DNA from: Desulfobacterales bacterium
GTDB lineage: Bacteria; Desulfobacterota; Desulfobacteria; Desulfobacterales; UBA2174
Reading direction: 5' to 3'
Assembly: GCA_963668645.2 (NCBI GenBank)
Contig: CAXXWC010000019.1
Location: 1 to 64,000 of the forward strand
DNA length: 64,000 nt
Positions 1 through 9,283 of this stretch are shown in pieces. Position numbers and translations under genes: made by a program. The notes beneath the pieces are model-generated. The model was not told where the DNA came from. It was given only the letters and a program-made list of their open reading frames with translations, and made no database searches. Position 1 is the stretch's first letter. Every line of letters begins with the position of its first letter.

Positions 1-518
1 AGGACGCCATGGAAATGGCCGAAGCGGCCCTGGCCGAAACCGCGGCAGCCTTTACGGCCGAATTCGCCCGCCGCTGTGCGGCTATCGAAACCGACGGCTG
101 CCAGGATGCGGATATCGTGCTGGTCACCACCGGATCGGTGACCAGCACGGCGCGCTGCGTGATCGAAAAGCTGCGCACCCAAGGCGAGCGGGTGGGGCTG
201 TGCAAGCTCAAGCTCTTTAGGCCTTTCCCGGCCGAGCAGATCCGGCGCATCCTCGGCGCCGCGCCGCGCATCGCGGTGATCGACCGCAACGTTTCTTTCG
301 GCGTAGGCGGCATCTTTGCCCAGGAAATCCGCAGCGCCCTTTGCGCCCTGGACCGGCGGCCGCCGGTTTACAGCTACATCGTCGGCCTTGGCGGCCGGGA
401 TGTGACGCCGGAAAATATAGAGGAAATTTACAAACTGACCCGAGAAACGGCGGCCCCCGAAGCCGAAAGCCGCTGGATCGGGCTCAACGCGGAATTGCTC
501 GCCTCGGCGATGCGGTAG
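1..518 (+). CDS. porA: pyruvate/2-ketoisovalerate:ferredoxin oxidoreductase alpha subunit, C-terminal part (5' end outside window)
   Basis: ORF 9..518 is open to the window edge. Motifs KLFRPFP, VIDRNVSFG and YIVGLGGRD are typical of the PorA C-terminal domain, and a beta subunit follows. Confidence 0.85.
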   Translation, partial: DAMEMAEAALAETAAAFTAEFARRCAAIETDGCQDADIVLVTTGSVTSTARCVIEKLRTQGERVGLCKLKLFRPFPAEQIRRILGAAPRIAVIDRNVSFGVGGIFAQEIRSALCALDRRPPVYSYIVGLGGRDVTPENIEEIYKLTRETAAPEAESRWIGLNAELLASAMR

Positions 519-665
519 CAATGGGCGGGCGCCGGGCGAAAGTGCCAAGGCCTGTCAATCAGGACCGTTGCGCCGGACGTTTAAAAAAGCACCACTAGTG
601 GCGCTGGACAAAGAATCGGAGACCTTGCCACGGGTCTCTTTCCAGCGCCGGGAGACCGGGACATC

Positions 666-1578
666 ATGAGCGAGCCGATGAACACCGACCGGGGCCTGAC
701 CTGTCCGGGCAATGTGGGCTGCCCGGGCTGCGGGGCCAACATCGCCATCAACCACGCCCCTCAAGGCGCTCGGGGAAAAGACCGTGCTGGTCATCCCGGC
801 CTGCTGCTACGCCATCGTATCGGGCCCTTATCCCCAGACGGCGCTTAAGGTGTCGATCCTCCACAGCGCCTTTGCCTCGTCTGCGGTGATGGCCAGCGGG
901 GTGCGCGCCGGGCTCGACATGCAAGGGGATACCGGAACCACCGTGGTGGCCTGGGCCGGTGACGGGGGGACCTTCGACATCGGACTGCAGTCGCTGTCCG
1001 GAGCCGCCGAACGCGGCGACGACATCATCTTCGTCTGCTACGACAACGAGGCCTACATGAACACCGGGGTGCAGCGCTCTTCGTCGACCCCCTACGGCAC
1101 GCGCACCACCACCACCCCCGGGGCCGGCTGGAAAAAGACCCGCAAGAAGAACATCATGGAGATCATGGCGGCCCACCGCATCCGCTATGCGGCCACGGCC
1201 AACATCGCCTATCCAGAGGACTTCATGCGCAAATTCTCCAGGGCACGCGAAGCCCGCGGCGGCACGCGCTTTATCCACGTCTTTGCCTCCTGTCCCACCG
1301 GTTGGGGGATTGCTTCGAGCCAGTCGGTCAAAATCGCCCGCCTGGCCACCCGCACCAACATCTTTCCGCTTTACGAAATCAGCGGCGGCACGGACTACAT
1401 CCTCAACCTCGAAGGGGATCTGCCGGTGGCCGACTACCTTTCGGTCCAGGGCCGCTTCAAGCATCTGGGTGCCGAGGATCTGGCCGCCATCCAGTGCGAG
1501 GTGGACCGGGACATGGCCCTGATCCAGGAAAAGGTGGCCGCCACCGGAGTGCGCCGCGCCCTGCGAAAGAGCGCCTGA
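666..1578 (+). pseudogene. porB: pyruvate/2-oxoacid:ferredoxin oxidoreductase beta subunit, split by a +1 frameshift at the C-run 757-760 (pseudogene or sequencing error)
   Basis: Frame 666 gives MSEPMN...GCPGCGANIAINHA. Another frame continues LKALGEKTVLVIPACC...GDGGTFDIG...YDNEAYMNTG (TPP-binding). Removing one C from GCCCCTCAAG joins them. Confidence 0.85.
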
Positions 1579-1617
1579 AGAAACGCGGGGGGGCTACGGC
1601 GCCCGCGTTTCTTTTTT
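1578..1617 (+). terminator. Rho-independent terminator after porB
   Basis: AAGAAACGCGGG...CCCGCGTTTCTT stem followed by a T-run. Confidence 0.75.
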
Positions 1618-1721
1618 CCGGACAGATTACTTTCGGTCAAGCCCGGCAGGTGCAGCCTGACCATCCGCAAGCGTGTTTTCATCCCGGATCAAGACCCTGG
1701 GCATCGTGCTTGGCCCTGGCC

Positions 1722-2591
1722 TTATATTTCAACCCCCAGAAGAACCCGCATCGCAAGGCCGAGCAGGAAGCTCAATCCTGCAATACCGATACTTAAGGCG
1801 GCCATTTCCACAAAGCGTCTCTTGAAGGGCAGATCCATGGCCACGGATACGTAGAAATTGAAAACAGCAATGATTAGGACGACCGTCGAGAGGGTCCATG
1901 CCAGGGCCACATAATAGTTTTGCAACAGCAGATAGGGCGCGATAAGAAGGACAACGGTGATGATGTAAGTCGTCCCGGTATATAATGCCGCTTTCAGCGG
2001 TTGCTGGCTGGATGCTTCCGCCTTGGTTGACAGGTATTCCGATGCCGCCATCGACAGGGCGGCCGCAATGCCGGTGATGGACCCTGTCAGGGCGATCAGT
2101 TGGGTGTTTTGGAGTGCCAGCGTGAGTCCGGCCAAGGCTCCGGTGAGTTCGATCAATGCATCATTCAGTCCGAGCACCACGGACCCGATGTAACGGAGCC
2201 GTTCCTCATCCAGCATTGCGAGCAATGCGTTTTCATGTTCATCCTCCTCCTTGGCGATGACCCTGGCCTCATCAATTTCGGCGGCCAGATCAGCATAAGA
2301 CTTCTGGGCTCCCACTTCGCCCCGCTCCATGAACTTTGTCCCGAAAGTGAGGCCGAAGACCCTGGCAATCACGTATAAGAGCCAGACCTTGATCCAGTTC
2401 ACCTGCGCGTCCGCGCCGGTGTAGCGTTTCCATCGGTCATGGTGGCTCTTTTCGTCCTCGGCGATCCGTTCAAGGATGCGGCGGTTCTCCGGCGATTTCT
2501 CTATCCGGGCCAGTTTATGATAGATATGGTGTTCGGTAATCTCGTTGCGCTGATAATCCAGCAATCGTCTTTTTGTGGCTGCCGACAACAT
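1722..2591 (-). CDS. rubrerythrin/ferritin-like domain fused to VIT1/CCC1 transporter (MbfA-like iron export/detox protein)
   Basis: N-terminal ExxH pairs (EDEKSH, EEDEH), then the VIT1 motifs VLGLNDAL and ALSMAASEYLS with hydrophobic helices. Confidence 0.85.
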   Translation of the reverse strand: MLSAATKRRLLDYQRNEITEHHIYHKLARIEKSPENRRILERIAEDEKSHHDRWKRYTGADAQVNWIKVWLLYVIARVFGLTFGTKFMERGEVGAQKSYADLAAEIDEARVIAKEEDEHENALLAMLDEERLRYIGSVVLGLNDALIELTGALAGLTLALQNTQLIALTGSITGIAAALSMAASEYLSTKAEASSQQPLKAALYTGTTYIITVVLLIAPYLLLQNYYVALAWTLSTVVLIIAVFNFYVSVAMDLPFKRRFVEMAALSIGIAGLSFLLGLAMRVLLGVEI

Positions 2592-2695
2592 GAATCGCCC
2601 TTTCTGATCCGATCCGATATAAAAGCCAACTGTTTGCCTGGTCTATTTTGTCTCTTCTCAAAAAAACGGCCGCCCATCCTTTGGTGAATGCGCCT

Positions 2696-2773
2696 CTGGA
2701 TTTTCGCTTTCGCGAAAATGACGGGCGAAAGGCACTTCCATCACCTGTCATGGCCGCGAAGGCGGGTATCCAG
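2696..2773. repeat. inverted pair of CGTC-type REP-like elements
   Basis: 2696-2723 on the minus strand reads CGTCATTTTCGCGAAAGCGAAAATCCAG; 2746-2773 reads TGTCATGGCCGCGAAGGCGGGTATCCAG. Both fit GTCAT-hairpin-ATCCAG. Confidence 0.65.
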
Positions 2774-2779
2774 AAAAAA

Positions 2780-3799
2780 TCAGAGGGCTTTGGCCTGCGG
2801 CTGTCCGCGCTCGTCTGCGGCTAATTCCATACGCCAGCAGCGGTGAATCGGTTCGCGCTGGCGCACATAGTCCTCGGGGATGGTGGCGGCGGTGATCTCC
2901 TCGACCCCGGCCAGGGGGAGGCCCTGGAAGCGCGGTGCAAAACGCTGGTGGTTGGTGGAAAAAATGACCGTCGCCCCCGGGCGCATTAAGGCGATGGTCT
3001 CGGCCAGCAACCGGGGGTGGTCATCAAGGACGTCGAAGGAAAGATTCCGGCGGCGGGTGGTGGAATAAGAGGGCGGGTCGACGATTGCCAGGTCGAAGGT
3101 CCGCCCCTGGCGCTTTGCGCGTTTGAGAAAAGCGAATGTGTCGGCGTGGATCAGGGCGTTGGTCCCGGGATCAATGGCGTTGAGGACAAAATTTTCCCGG
3201 GCCCACTCCAGAGTCGATTCGGACCGGTCGACCGATACCGTGCTCGATGCACCGCCCCGGGCCGCGTAGCAGGCGAAGGTGGCCGTGTAAGCGTACAGAT
3301 TGAGTACATCCTTGCCGGCCGCCATTTCGCGCAGCATCCGGCGGGTCTCGCGGTGATCGGCAAAAAGTCCAGTATCGACGAAATCATACGGGTTGACCAG
3401 GAAGCGCAAATCGCCCTCGGCCACCGTGATCTTGCGGTCCGTGTGATCCAGACGCCGGTAGCGCGCTCCGTCCCGTGCCCCGGCGTAGCGCGCCTTTAGG
3501 TGGACCTTCTCCTCGGCCACGTCCAGGGCCCGGGCCAGGGCCGCCCCCATGGCCGGCAGCCATTCGGGAACCGACTGGCGGCGCATGTACTCGCCCACCA
3601 CCAGGTGGCCGGCATACCAATCGACCACGGCCCTGATCTCGGGGATATCCCAGTCGTAGAGCCGGAAGACCTCGATGTTCAGGCGGCCGAAACGCCGGGA
3701 CAGATGCCGGAAGCGTTTGAGCACCCGGTTGGCGAGCATCTCGGCCTGACGGTCAATTTTTTGTATCAACTGCTGATCCACCCCTATCTCAATCGCCAT
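2780..3799 (-). CDS. class I SAM-dependent rRNA methyltransferase (RlmK/RlmI-like)
   Basis: FRLYDWDIPE, DTGLFADHRETR, VLNLYAYT and FDLAIVDPPSY motifs. Confidence 0.85.
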   Translation of the reverse strand: MAIEIGVDQQLIQKIDRQAEMLANRVLKRFRHLSRRFGRLNIEVFRLYDWDIPEIRAVVDWYAGHLVVGEYMRRQSVPEWLPAMGAALARALDVAEEKVHLKARYAGARDGARYRRLDHTDRKITVAEGDLRFLVNPYDFVDTGLFADHRETRRMLREMAAGKDVLNLYAYTATFACYAARGGASSTVSVDRSESTLEWARENFVLNAIDPGTNALIHADTFAFLKRAKRQGRTFDLAIVDPPSYSTTRRRNLSFDVLDDHPRLLAETIALMRPGATVIFSTNHQRFAPRFQGLPLAGVEEITAATIPEDYVRQREPIHRCWRMELAADERGQPQAKAL

Positions 3800-4146
3800 C
3801 TTTGATGGGTATCCACCCCGGTCAAAATCCGGGCAGTTTCATCCGCAAGGTGCGTTCACCGGCCTGCCGGCGATCTGCATCATTTTATCTTGAGGATTTA
3901 ATAGATTCTGTGTTAGGTCTAAAAGCAACTCCCAGCCATGAGGGCTGGCTAAAAAATTGCAGCACCTATAATTTGCCGCGGCCCCATGCAGCGCCTGTCC
4001 TGACCGCTGGATGCCAGGGCCTCCCTCCCGAAGCATGAGCGTAGCTTCAGGCGGCGTCTTGCCCGGGGCCGCGGCAATCCCTTTCCCATCCGGAACCACG
4101 CCGCGCTCCGGCCGCCAACACAGCCACCGCCCGAGAATATACCCCT

Positions 4147-5778
4147 TTATGCCTTGCCGGAGCCGGTCCAGTACGGGTTGATCAGATCCTCGAAAATCGC
4201 CATGGCCGCCTCGGCCCCCTGGCCTGCGGCGGTGACGATCTGCTTGTAACCGCCTTCCACATCCCCGGCCGAATAGATACCGGCGATGTTGGTGCGATGG
4301 CGAGCGTCGCGGGCAACATACCCCTCGTCGTTGAGGGCCACGCCGATCTTGCGGGCCAGATCGACGGTGGGCAGATACCCGATGGCCACGAAGACCCCCT
4401 GGACGGCCAGAGTCTCGCTTTCGCCGCTGCGGTTGTTTTTCAGGCGTACGGCCTCCACCCGGTCCTGGCCGAGGATTTCTTCCACCTCGGTGTTCCAGCG
4501 CACCGGGATGCCGGCGCTATTCAGATTGTTGACCAGGTGTTCCTGGGCCCGCAGGGCATCGCGCCGGTGCACCAGGGTCACCTCCACGCCCATGTTGGCC
4601 AGGTACAGGGCCTCGGTTACCGCGCTGTTGCCCCCGCCGACCATGATCACGCGGCGCCCGCGAAACAGGGGGCCGTCGCAGGTGGCGCAGTAGCTCACAC
4701 CGCGGCCGGAAAGGCGCTGCTCGCCGGGAACCCCCAGGTGGCGATGGCTCGCCCCGGTGGCCAGCAGCACGCTTCGAGTCTTGAATTTACGGCGGCTGGT
4801 CTGGACCGTGATGGAATCCGCGGCCGTGATGTCCACCACCTCTTCTCCCTGGAAAATCTGGACGTACTCCAAGGCGTGGGTGACCATGATGTCCACCAGG
4901 GTCTTGCCGCCCACCTGGGTAAAGCCTGGATAGTTTTCCACCATCGGGGTGGTGGCCACCTGCCCGCCCAGGACCTCGCGTTCGATCAGGGCGGCCTTCA
5001 GACCGCTTCTCACCGTGTAGATCCCGGCGGTCAGACCGGCCGGACCGCCGCCCACGATCACCACGTCGCACTCGACCAGTTCGGCGTCGCTTTCCGGGAT
5101 GAAAAGGGTCTGGGGAGCCAGCTTGAGCAGCGAATCACAGAAAACCTCTTCGCTCTGGGCACCCAGACCGATCTGCACCTCGTTGGCAAAGGCCTGGGGT
5201 ACGCTGTTGGCCCCATAGGGCTCGGCAAGTTCGGGCGCGCATTGGATGTCGATGATCTCCAGGCTGATCCGCTCGGGGGCTTCAATGGCGGCCCGGATGG
5301 CATTGACCGCCTCCTGGGGGCAGTAGGGACAAGAAGGGCTGACAAAAACCTTGACGTCCCGGGGGTCTTTGATTTTGTCTATCACGGCCCGGCTCTGATC
5401 GCTGAGCTGGCTGTCGGCCCGGCCCACCAGCATGAGCAGTTCAAGAAAGGTGCGCCCCTCTTCGCCCATGGGCGCTCCGATCCAGCGAATGCGGTAGCGG
5501 TCCGGGGCGACCACCAGGGTGGGAGAGTGGGAGACCTGGTATTTGCGGGCCAGTTCGTGGTCCAGGCTGTACTCGCGAAAGGTGATCTTGTCCGAAACCT
5601 GGCGAAAGGCCCGGATCACCTGGCGGTTGGCCTGGGTGAAGGGATTGTCTTCGGCCGGATAGGCGAACAGCAGCAGATCGATGGGATGGGGCAGATCGGC
5701 AAAGGTCTTTTTAAGCCGGGCGAGGATCTGCTGCGCATCCTGGGGTTGACCGCCGGTGGGATCGAGGGTCTGGGCCAT
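4147..5778 (-). CDS. thioredoxin reductase with N-terminal tandem thioredoxin folds (AhpF-like)
   Basis: CPYC in the Trx fold, GGGPAG (FAD), SYCATCDG, GGGNSA (NADPH), AGDV. A GGAGG RBS precedes the ATG at 5778. Confidence 0.88.
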   Translation of the reverse strand: MAQTLDPTGGQPQDAQQILARLKKTFADLPHPIDLLLFAYPAEDNPFTQANRQVIRAFRQVSDKITFREYSLDHELARKYQVSHSPTLVVAPDRYRIRWIGAPMGEEGRTFLELLMLVGRADSQLSDQSRAVIDKIKDPRDVKVFVSPSCPYCPQEAVNAIRAAIEAPERISLEIIDIQCAPELAEPYGANSVPQAFANEVQIGLGAQSEEVFCDSLLKLAPQTLFIPESDAELVECDVVIVGGGPAGLTAGIYTVRSGLKAALIEREVLGGQVATTPMVENYPGFTQVGGKTLVDIMVTHALEYVQIFQGEEVVDITAADSITVQTSRRKFKTRSVLLATGASHRHLGVPGEQRLSGRGVSYCATCDGPLFRGRRVIMVGGGNSAVTEALYLANMGVEVTLVHRRDALRAQEHLVNNLNSAGIPVRWNTEVEEILGQDRVEAVRLKNNRSGESETLAVQGVFVAIGYLPTVDLARKIGVALNDEGYVARDARHRTNIAGIYSAGDVEGGYKQIVTAAGQGAEAAMAIFEDLINPYWTGSGKA

Positions 5779-5922
5779 GTCTACCTCCGTTCGAATGGGT
5801 TGCCACACAGATTTGGCAGATCACAATGCCGGCCGCGCGATACGGTGAAATTTGGCGCGCGGCGTCGGTTACGCTATTGTAAAGATAAAAAATGCCCGCC
5901 AGGGTGTCAACGGGATGATGTC

Positions 5923-6363
5923 ATGATCGACCCTATCGACAAGCAAGGTTCCTCTACCACCGGGCTGCGAGTTTTGCGCTATGAACTTCCCGGAGGCTGG
6001 GAAGTACTGGCCGGCCGCACGGATGCGGACAACGATCGACTTAGCCTGAAGATGGCCCGCCCCAACGACCTCTGGTTTCACGTGCGTGGAATGCCGGGCA
6101 GCCATGTAATCCTGCGTGCCCGCTCCGGTGAGGAGCCGGACCGGGAGACGGTGCGCCGCGCTGCGGCCATCGCCGCTTTTCACAGCAAGGCCCGTGACGG
6201 CGGCACGGTAGCGGTAAGCTGCACCGAAGCGCGCCACGTCTCCAAACCCCAGGGCGCCAAACCGGGCACGGTGGCCATCCGTAAGGAGCGGGTCATCAAG
6301 GTGCGCCCGGCCCTGCCCTCGCAGCCGCCCCCACAACCGCCCCGGCCCGCTAGCAGGCGGTAA
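5923..6363 (+). CDS. NFACT-R / DUF814 RNA-binding domain protein
   Basis: VLAGRTDADND, DLWFHVRGMPGSHVILR, AAAIAAFHSKAR and KPQGAKPGTV. This is the real C-terminal part of ORF 4297..6363. Confidence 0.85.
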   Translation: MIDPIDKQGSSTTGLRVLRYELPGGWEVLAGRTDADNDRLSLKMARPNDLWFHVRGMPGSHVILRARSGEEPDRETVRRAAAIAAFHSKARDGGTVAVSCTEARHVSKPQGAKPGTVAIRKERVIKVRPALPSQPPPQPPRPASRR

Positions 6364-6444
6364 AAAAGCAGAGGATGAATCCGGCAACGAGGCGGTATTG
6401 CAGCGCTTCTTTCCACGCGGCCCCATCGAGATTGAAAATTGCGC

Positions 6445-6495
6445 TTGACAGGAAGAAAAGATTTCAATATAACGTGACTGACTGATCGGTCAGTC
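6445..6495 (+). promoter_or_regulatory. sigma70 promoter and probable TetR operator
   Basis: TTGACA(6445)-17 bp-TATAAC(6468), then the near-perfect palindrome GACTGATCGGTCAGTC (6480-6495) just upstream of the TetR gene. Confidence 0.8.
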
Positions 6496-6515
6496 GGTAA
6501 CTGAAAGGCGTTTTC

Positions 6516-7115
6516 ATGACCAAGAAAGAAGACATCCTGACGACGGCCACCCGGCTTCTGGCCATCAAGGGCTACAACCAGACCTCCATGGGCGAGTTGG
6601 CCAAACTCACCGGAGTGGCCCACGGCACCATTTTTTACCACTACAAGAACAAGGAAGAGCTGTTTCTGGCCATCCTCAAAGAATTCGAAGCCGAAATCCT
6701 CAGCGAATCCCGGCGTCACCACAACGCCCTCGAGGCGGCAGACGGCTTGGCCCAGATCGAGGCCGCCGTTGCCTTCTATTTCGAACTGGCCGCCCAGATG
6801 GCCGACCGCTTCCTTTTGCTCCACCGCCACGATGCCTATGAACTTTCCCAGGTCAACCCGACCTGCCGCCGCCGCCTGGAATCGATCTATGACTGCCTCA
6901 TCGGGCTTTTCGAGGCCGCCATCGTTGCCGGCCACAACGACGGCACCATCGACAGTAGTCTGGCGGCCCGCAAAACCGCTATGCTCGTCTTTACCCTGGT
7001 CGACGGGCTGGTGCGCTTCAACACCTACAGTCTCTACGATGCCGGCAGCCTCTATGGCGGCCTGATCACCGCATTGCGGCGGATGCTCGCTTCGGACACC
7101 TACAAAGGAGGATAG
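6516..7115 (+). CDS. TetR/AcrR family transcriptional regulator
   Basis: N-terminal HTH KGYNQTSMGELAKLTGVAHGTIFYHYKNKEEL. Confidence 0.92.
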   Translation: MTKKEDILTTATRLLAIKGYNQTSMGELAKLTGVAHGTIFYHYKNKEELFLAILKEFEAEILSESRRHHNALEAADGLAQIEAAVAFYFELAAQMADRFLLLHRHDAYELSQVNPTCRRRLESIYDCLIGLFEAAIVAGHNDGTIDSSLAARKTAMLVFTLVDGLVRFNTYSLYDAGSLYGGLITALRRMLASDTYKGG

Positions 7116-7122
7116 TCCCAAG

Positions 7123-9261
7123 ATGCTCACAAAGCTGCTCCCGTTTATGACTTGGTTTCGCGGTTACCGCTTGGGCGACCTGCGTATCGATGCGCTTTCG
7201 GGGCTCACCGTGGCCCTGGTGCTCATTCCCCAGTCCATGGCCTACGCCCAACTGGCGGGACTACCCCCCTTTTACGGATTGTACGCTTCATTTCTGCCCC
7301 CCGTCATCGCGGCCCTGTTCGGATCGAGCCGGCAGCTGGCCACCGGACCGGTGGCCGTGGTCTCGCTGATGACCAACGCCTCGCTAGCCCCTCTAGCCAC
7401 CGCCGGGAGCCAGGAATATATCGCCTACGCCATCCTGCTGGCCCTTTTGGTGGGGGCCTTCCAGTTTCTGCTGGGCGTGCTGCGTCTCGGGCTGGTGGTC
7501 AACTTCCTCTCCCATCCGGTGGTCAACGGTTTCACCAACGCGGCGGCCCTGATCATCGCCACTTCCCAGTTATCCAAGATGTTCGGGGTTTACGTGGACA
7601 ACGCCCCCCATCATGTGGAAACCATCATCCTTGTCTGCAAGGCGGCCATCAATTACACCCACTGGCCGACCCTGATCATGGGGCTGCTGGCTTTCGGCAT
7701 CATGTACGGCCTCAAGTGGCTCAATCCGCGCATCCCCTTCGTGCTCGTGGCCGTGGCCGTGACGACCCTCGCCTCCTGGCTGATCGGCTTCGAGCAAAAC
7801 CGCACCGTTGCCATTCAGGCCATCGCCGATCCGGCCGCTGTGGCACGCATCGGGGACTATAACCAAACCGTTACCGCCATTGATCCCCTGGCCCGGCAGC
7901 GCACGCAGATCAACCAGGAGATTGAAGAGGCCAGGGCCGGACACGATGAAATCGCCGTTCTCGATGCCCTGCACAAGAGCCAGGTGATATCCGCCCGTAT
8001 TGAACACCTCAAGAAGGAAGCCGGCCGGATCCGCGCCGAAATCCGCGACATGCTGTTCCAGGCCGAGGCACTGGCCGACGGCGGCCTGCGATTCTACCGC
8101 AAGGGCACCGAGCAGCCGGTTGCCGACGGCGACGGCCGCACCTGGCGCATCAAGGTGGGAAGCTTCGCGCTGAAACCCGAGCAGCTGCTCATGATGGGCG
8201 GCGGCGCCGTGGTCGGCCGGATTCCCAGCGGTCTGCCCGCCTTTTCCATGCCGGCCCTCAACCTCAAGGTGATGGCCCAGTTGCTGCCCTACGCGGTCAT
8301 CATCTCTTTGCTCGGCTTCATGGAAGCCATTTCTATCGCCAAGGCCATGGCCGCCAAGACCGGCCAACGCCTCGATCCCAACCAGGAACTGATCGGGCAG
8401 GGCCTGTCCAACGTCCTCGGCGCCATGGGCAAGAGCTACCCGGTCTCGGGTTCGTTCTCAAGATCCGCCGTCAATCTCCAGGCCGGGGCCGTCACCGGGA
8501 TCTCCAGCGCATTTACCAGCCTGGCAGTGGTCATCGTACTGCTTTTTTTCACGCCCCTGCTCTACCACCTGCCCCAGGCGGTCCTGGCCGCAGTGATCAT
8601 GATGGCCGTCATCGGCCTGCTCAACATCTCGGGCTTCATTCATGCCTGGCATGCCAAGTGGTACGACGGGGTGATTTCGGTAATCTCCTTTCTGGCCACC
8701 CTGGCCTTCGCCCCCCATTTGGACAAGGGGATCATGATCGGGGTGGTCCTGTCGTTGATCGTTTTTCTTTACAAAAGCATGCGCCCTTCGGTGGCCACCC
8801 TGGCCCGGACCGAAGACAACGCCCTGCGCTGCGCTACGACCTATGGCCTGGAAGAATGCAAATACATCGCCATGGTGCGCTTCGATGGACCGCTGTTTTT
8901 CGCCAACGCCACCTATCTGGAAGACAAAATTACCGAAATCATGTTAAACAAACCGAAGTTGAAGCATATCATCATCGTGTCCAACGGCATCAACGACATC
9001 GATGCCTCGGGTGAAGAAATGCTTTCACTGCTGGTGGACCGGGTGCGCAGCGCCGGCGTCGGCCTGAGTTTGAGCGGGGTCAACGAAGCGGTCATGAAGG
9101 TCTTCGAACAGACCCATCTGCGGGCAAAAATCGGAGATGAACAGCTTTTTTCCACCATGGAGGCGGCCATCGCCGCCGTCCATCCCAGCGCTCATCCGCC
9201 AGGAGAAGACCAGGAGTGCCCCTTGCTGACCGTCTGTCGACTCGCCGATGCCAAAAATTGA
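7123..9261 (+). CDS. SulP/SLC26 family anion (sulfate) permease with C-terminal STAS domain
   Basis: IPQSMAYAQLAGLPP.YGLY, NQELIGQG, SGSFSRSAVN and the STAS motifs LFFANA..L and DIDASG. Confidence 0.92.
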   Translation: MLTKLLPFMTWFRGYRLGDLRIDALSGLTVALVLIPQSMAYAQLAGLPPFYGLYASFLPPVIAALFGSSRQLATGPVAVVSLMTNASLAPLATAGSQEYIAYAILLALLVGAFQFLLGVLRLGLVVNFLSHPVVNGFTNAAALIIATSQLSKMFGVYVDNAPHHVETIILVCKAAINYTHWPTLIMGLLAFGIMYGLKWLNPRIPFVLVAVAVTTLASWLIGFEQNRTVAIQAIADPAAVARIGDYNQTVTAIDPLARQRTQINQEIEEARAGHDEIAVLDALHKSQVISARIEHLKKEAGRIRAEIRDMLFQAEALADGGLRFYRKGTEQPVADGDGRTWRIKVGSFALKPEQLLMMGGGAVVGRIPSGLPAFSMPALNLKVMAQLLPYAVIISLLGFMEAISIAKAMAAKTGQRLDPNQELIGQGLSNVLGAMGKSYPVSGSFSRSAVNLQAGAVTGISSAFTSLAVVIVLLFFTPLLYHLPQAVLAAVIMMAVIGLLNISGFIHAWHAKWYDGVISVISFLATLAFAPHLDKGIMIGVVLSLIVFLYKSMRPSVATLARTEDNALRCATTYGLEECKYIAMVRFDGPLFFANATYLEDKITEIMLNKPKLKHIIIVSNGINDIDASGEEMLSLLVDRVRSAGVGLSLSGVNEAVMKVFEQTHLRAKIGDEQLFSTMEAAIAAVHPSAHPPGEDQECPLLTVCRLADAKN

Positions 9262-9283
9262 TATCCATTCGGGGGACTAGAAA

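Noticed and set aside
3800..4146. Riboswitch or sRNA in the AT-rich spacer
   Set aside because: Only short hairpins (CCAGCC...GGCTGG) are present; I recognise no aptamer consensus.
4297..5922. 688-aa plus-strand ORF
   Set aside because: The first ~540 codons are the antisense shadow of the thioredoxin reductase; only 5923-6363 is a recognisable gene.
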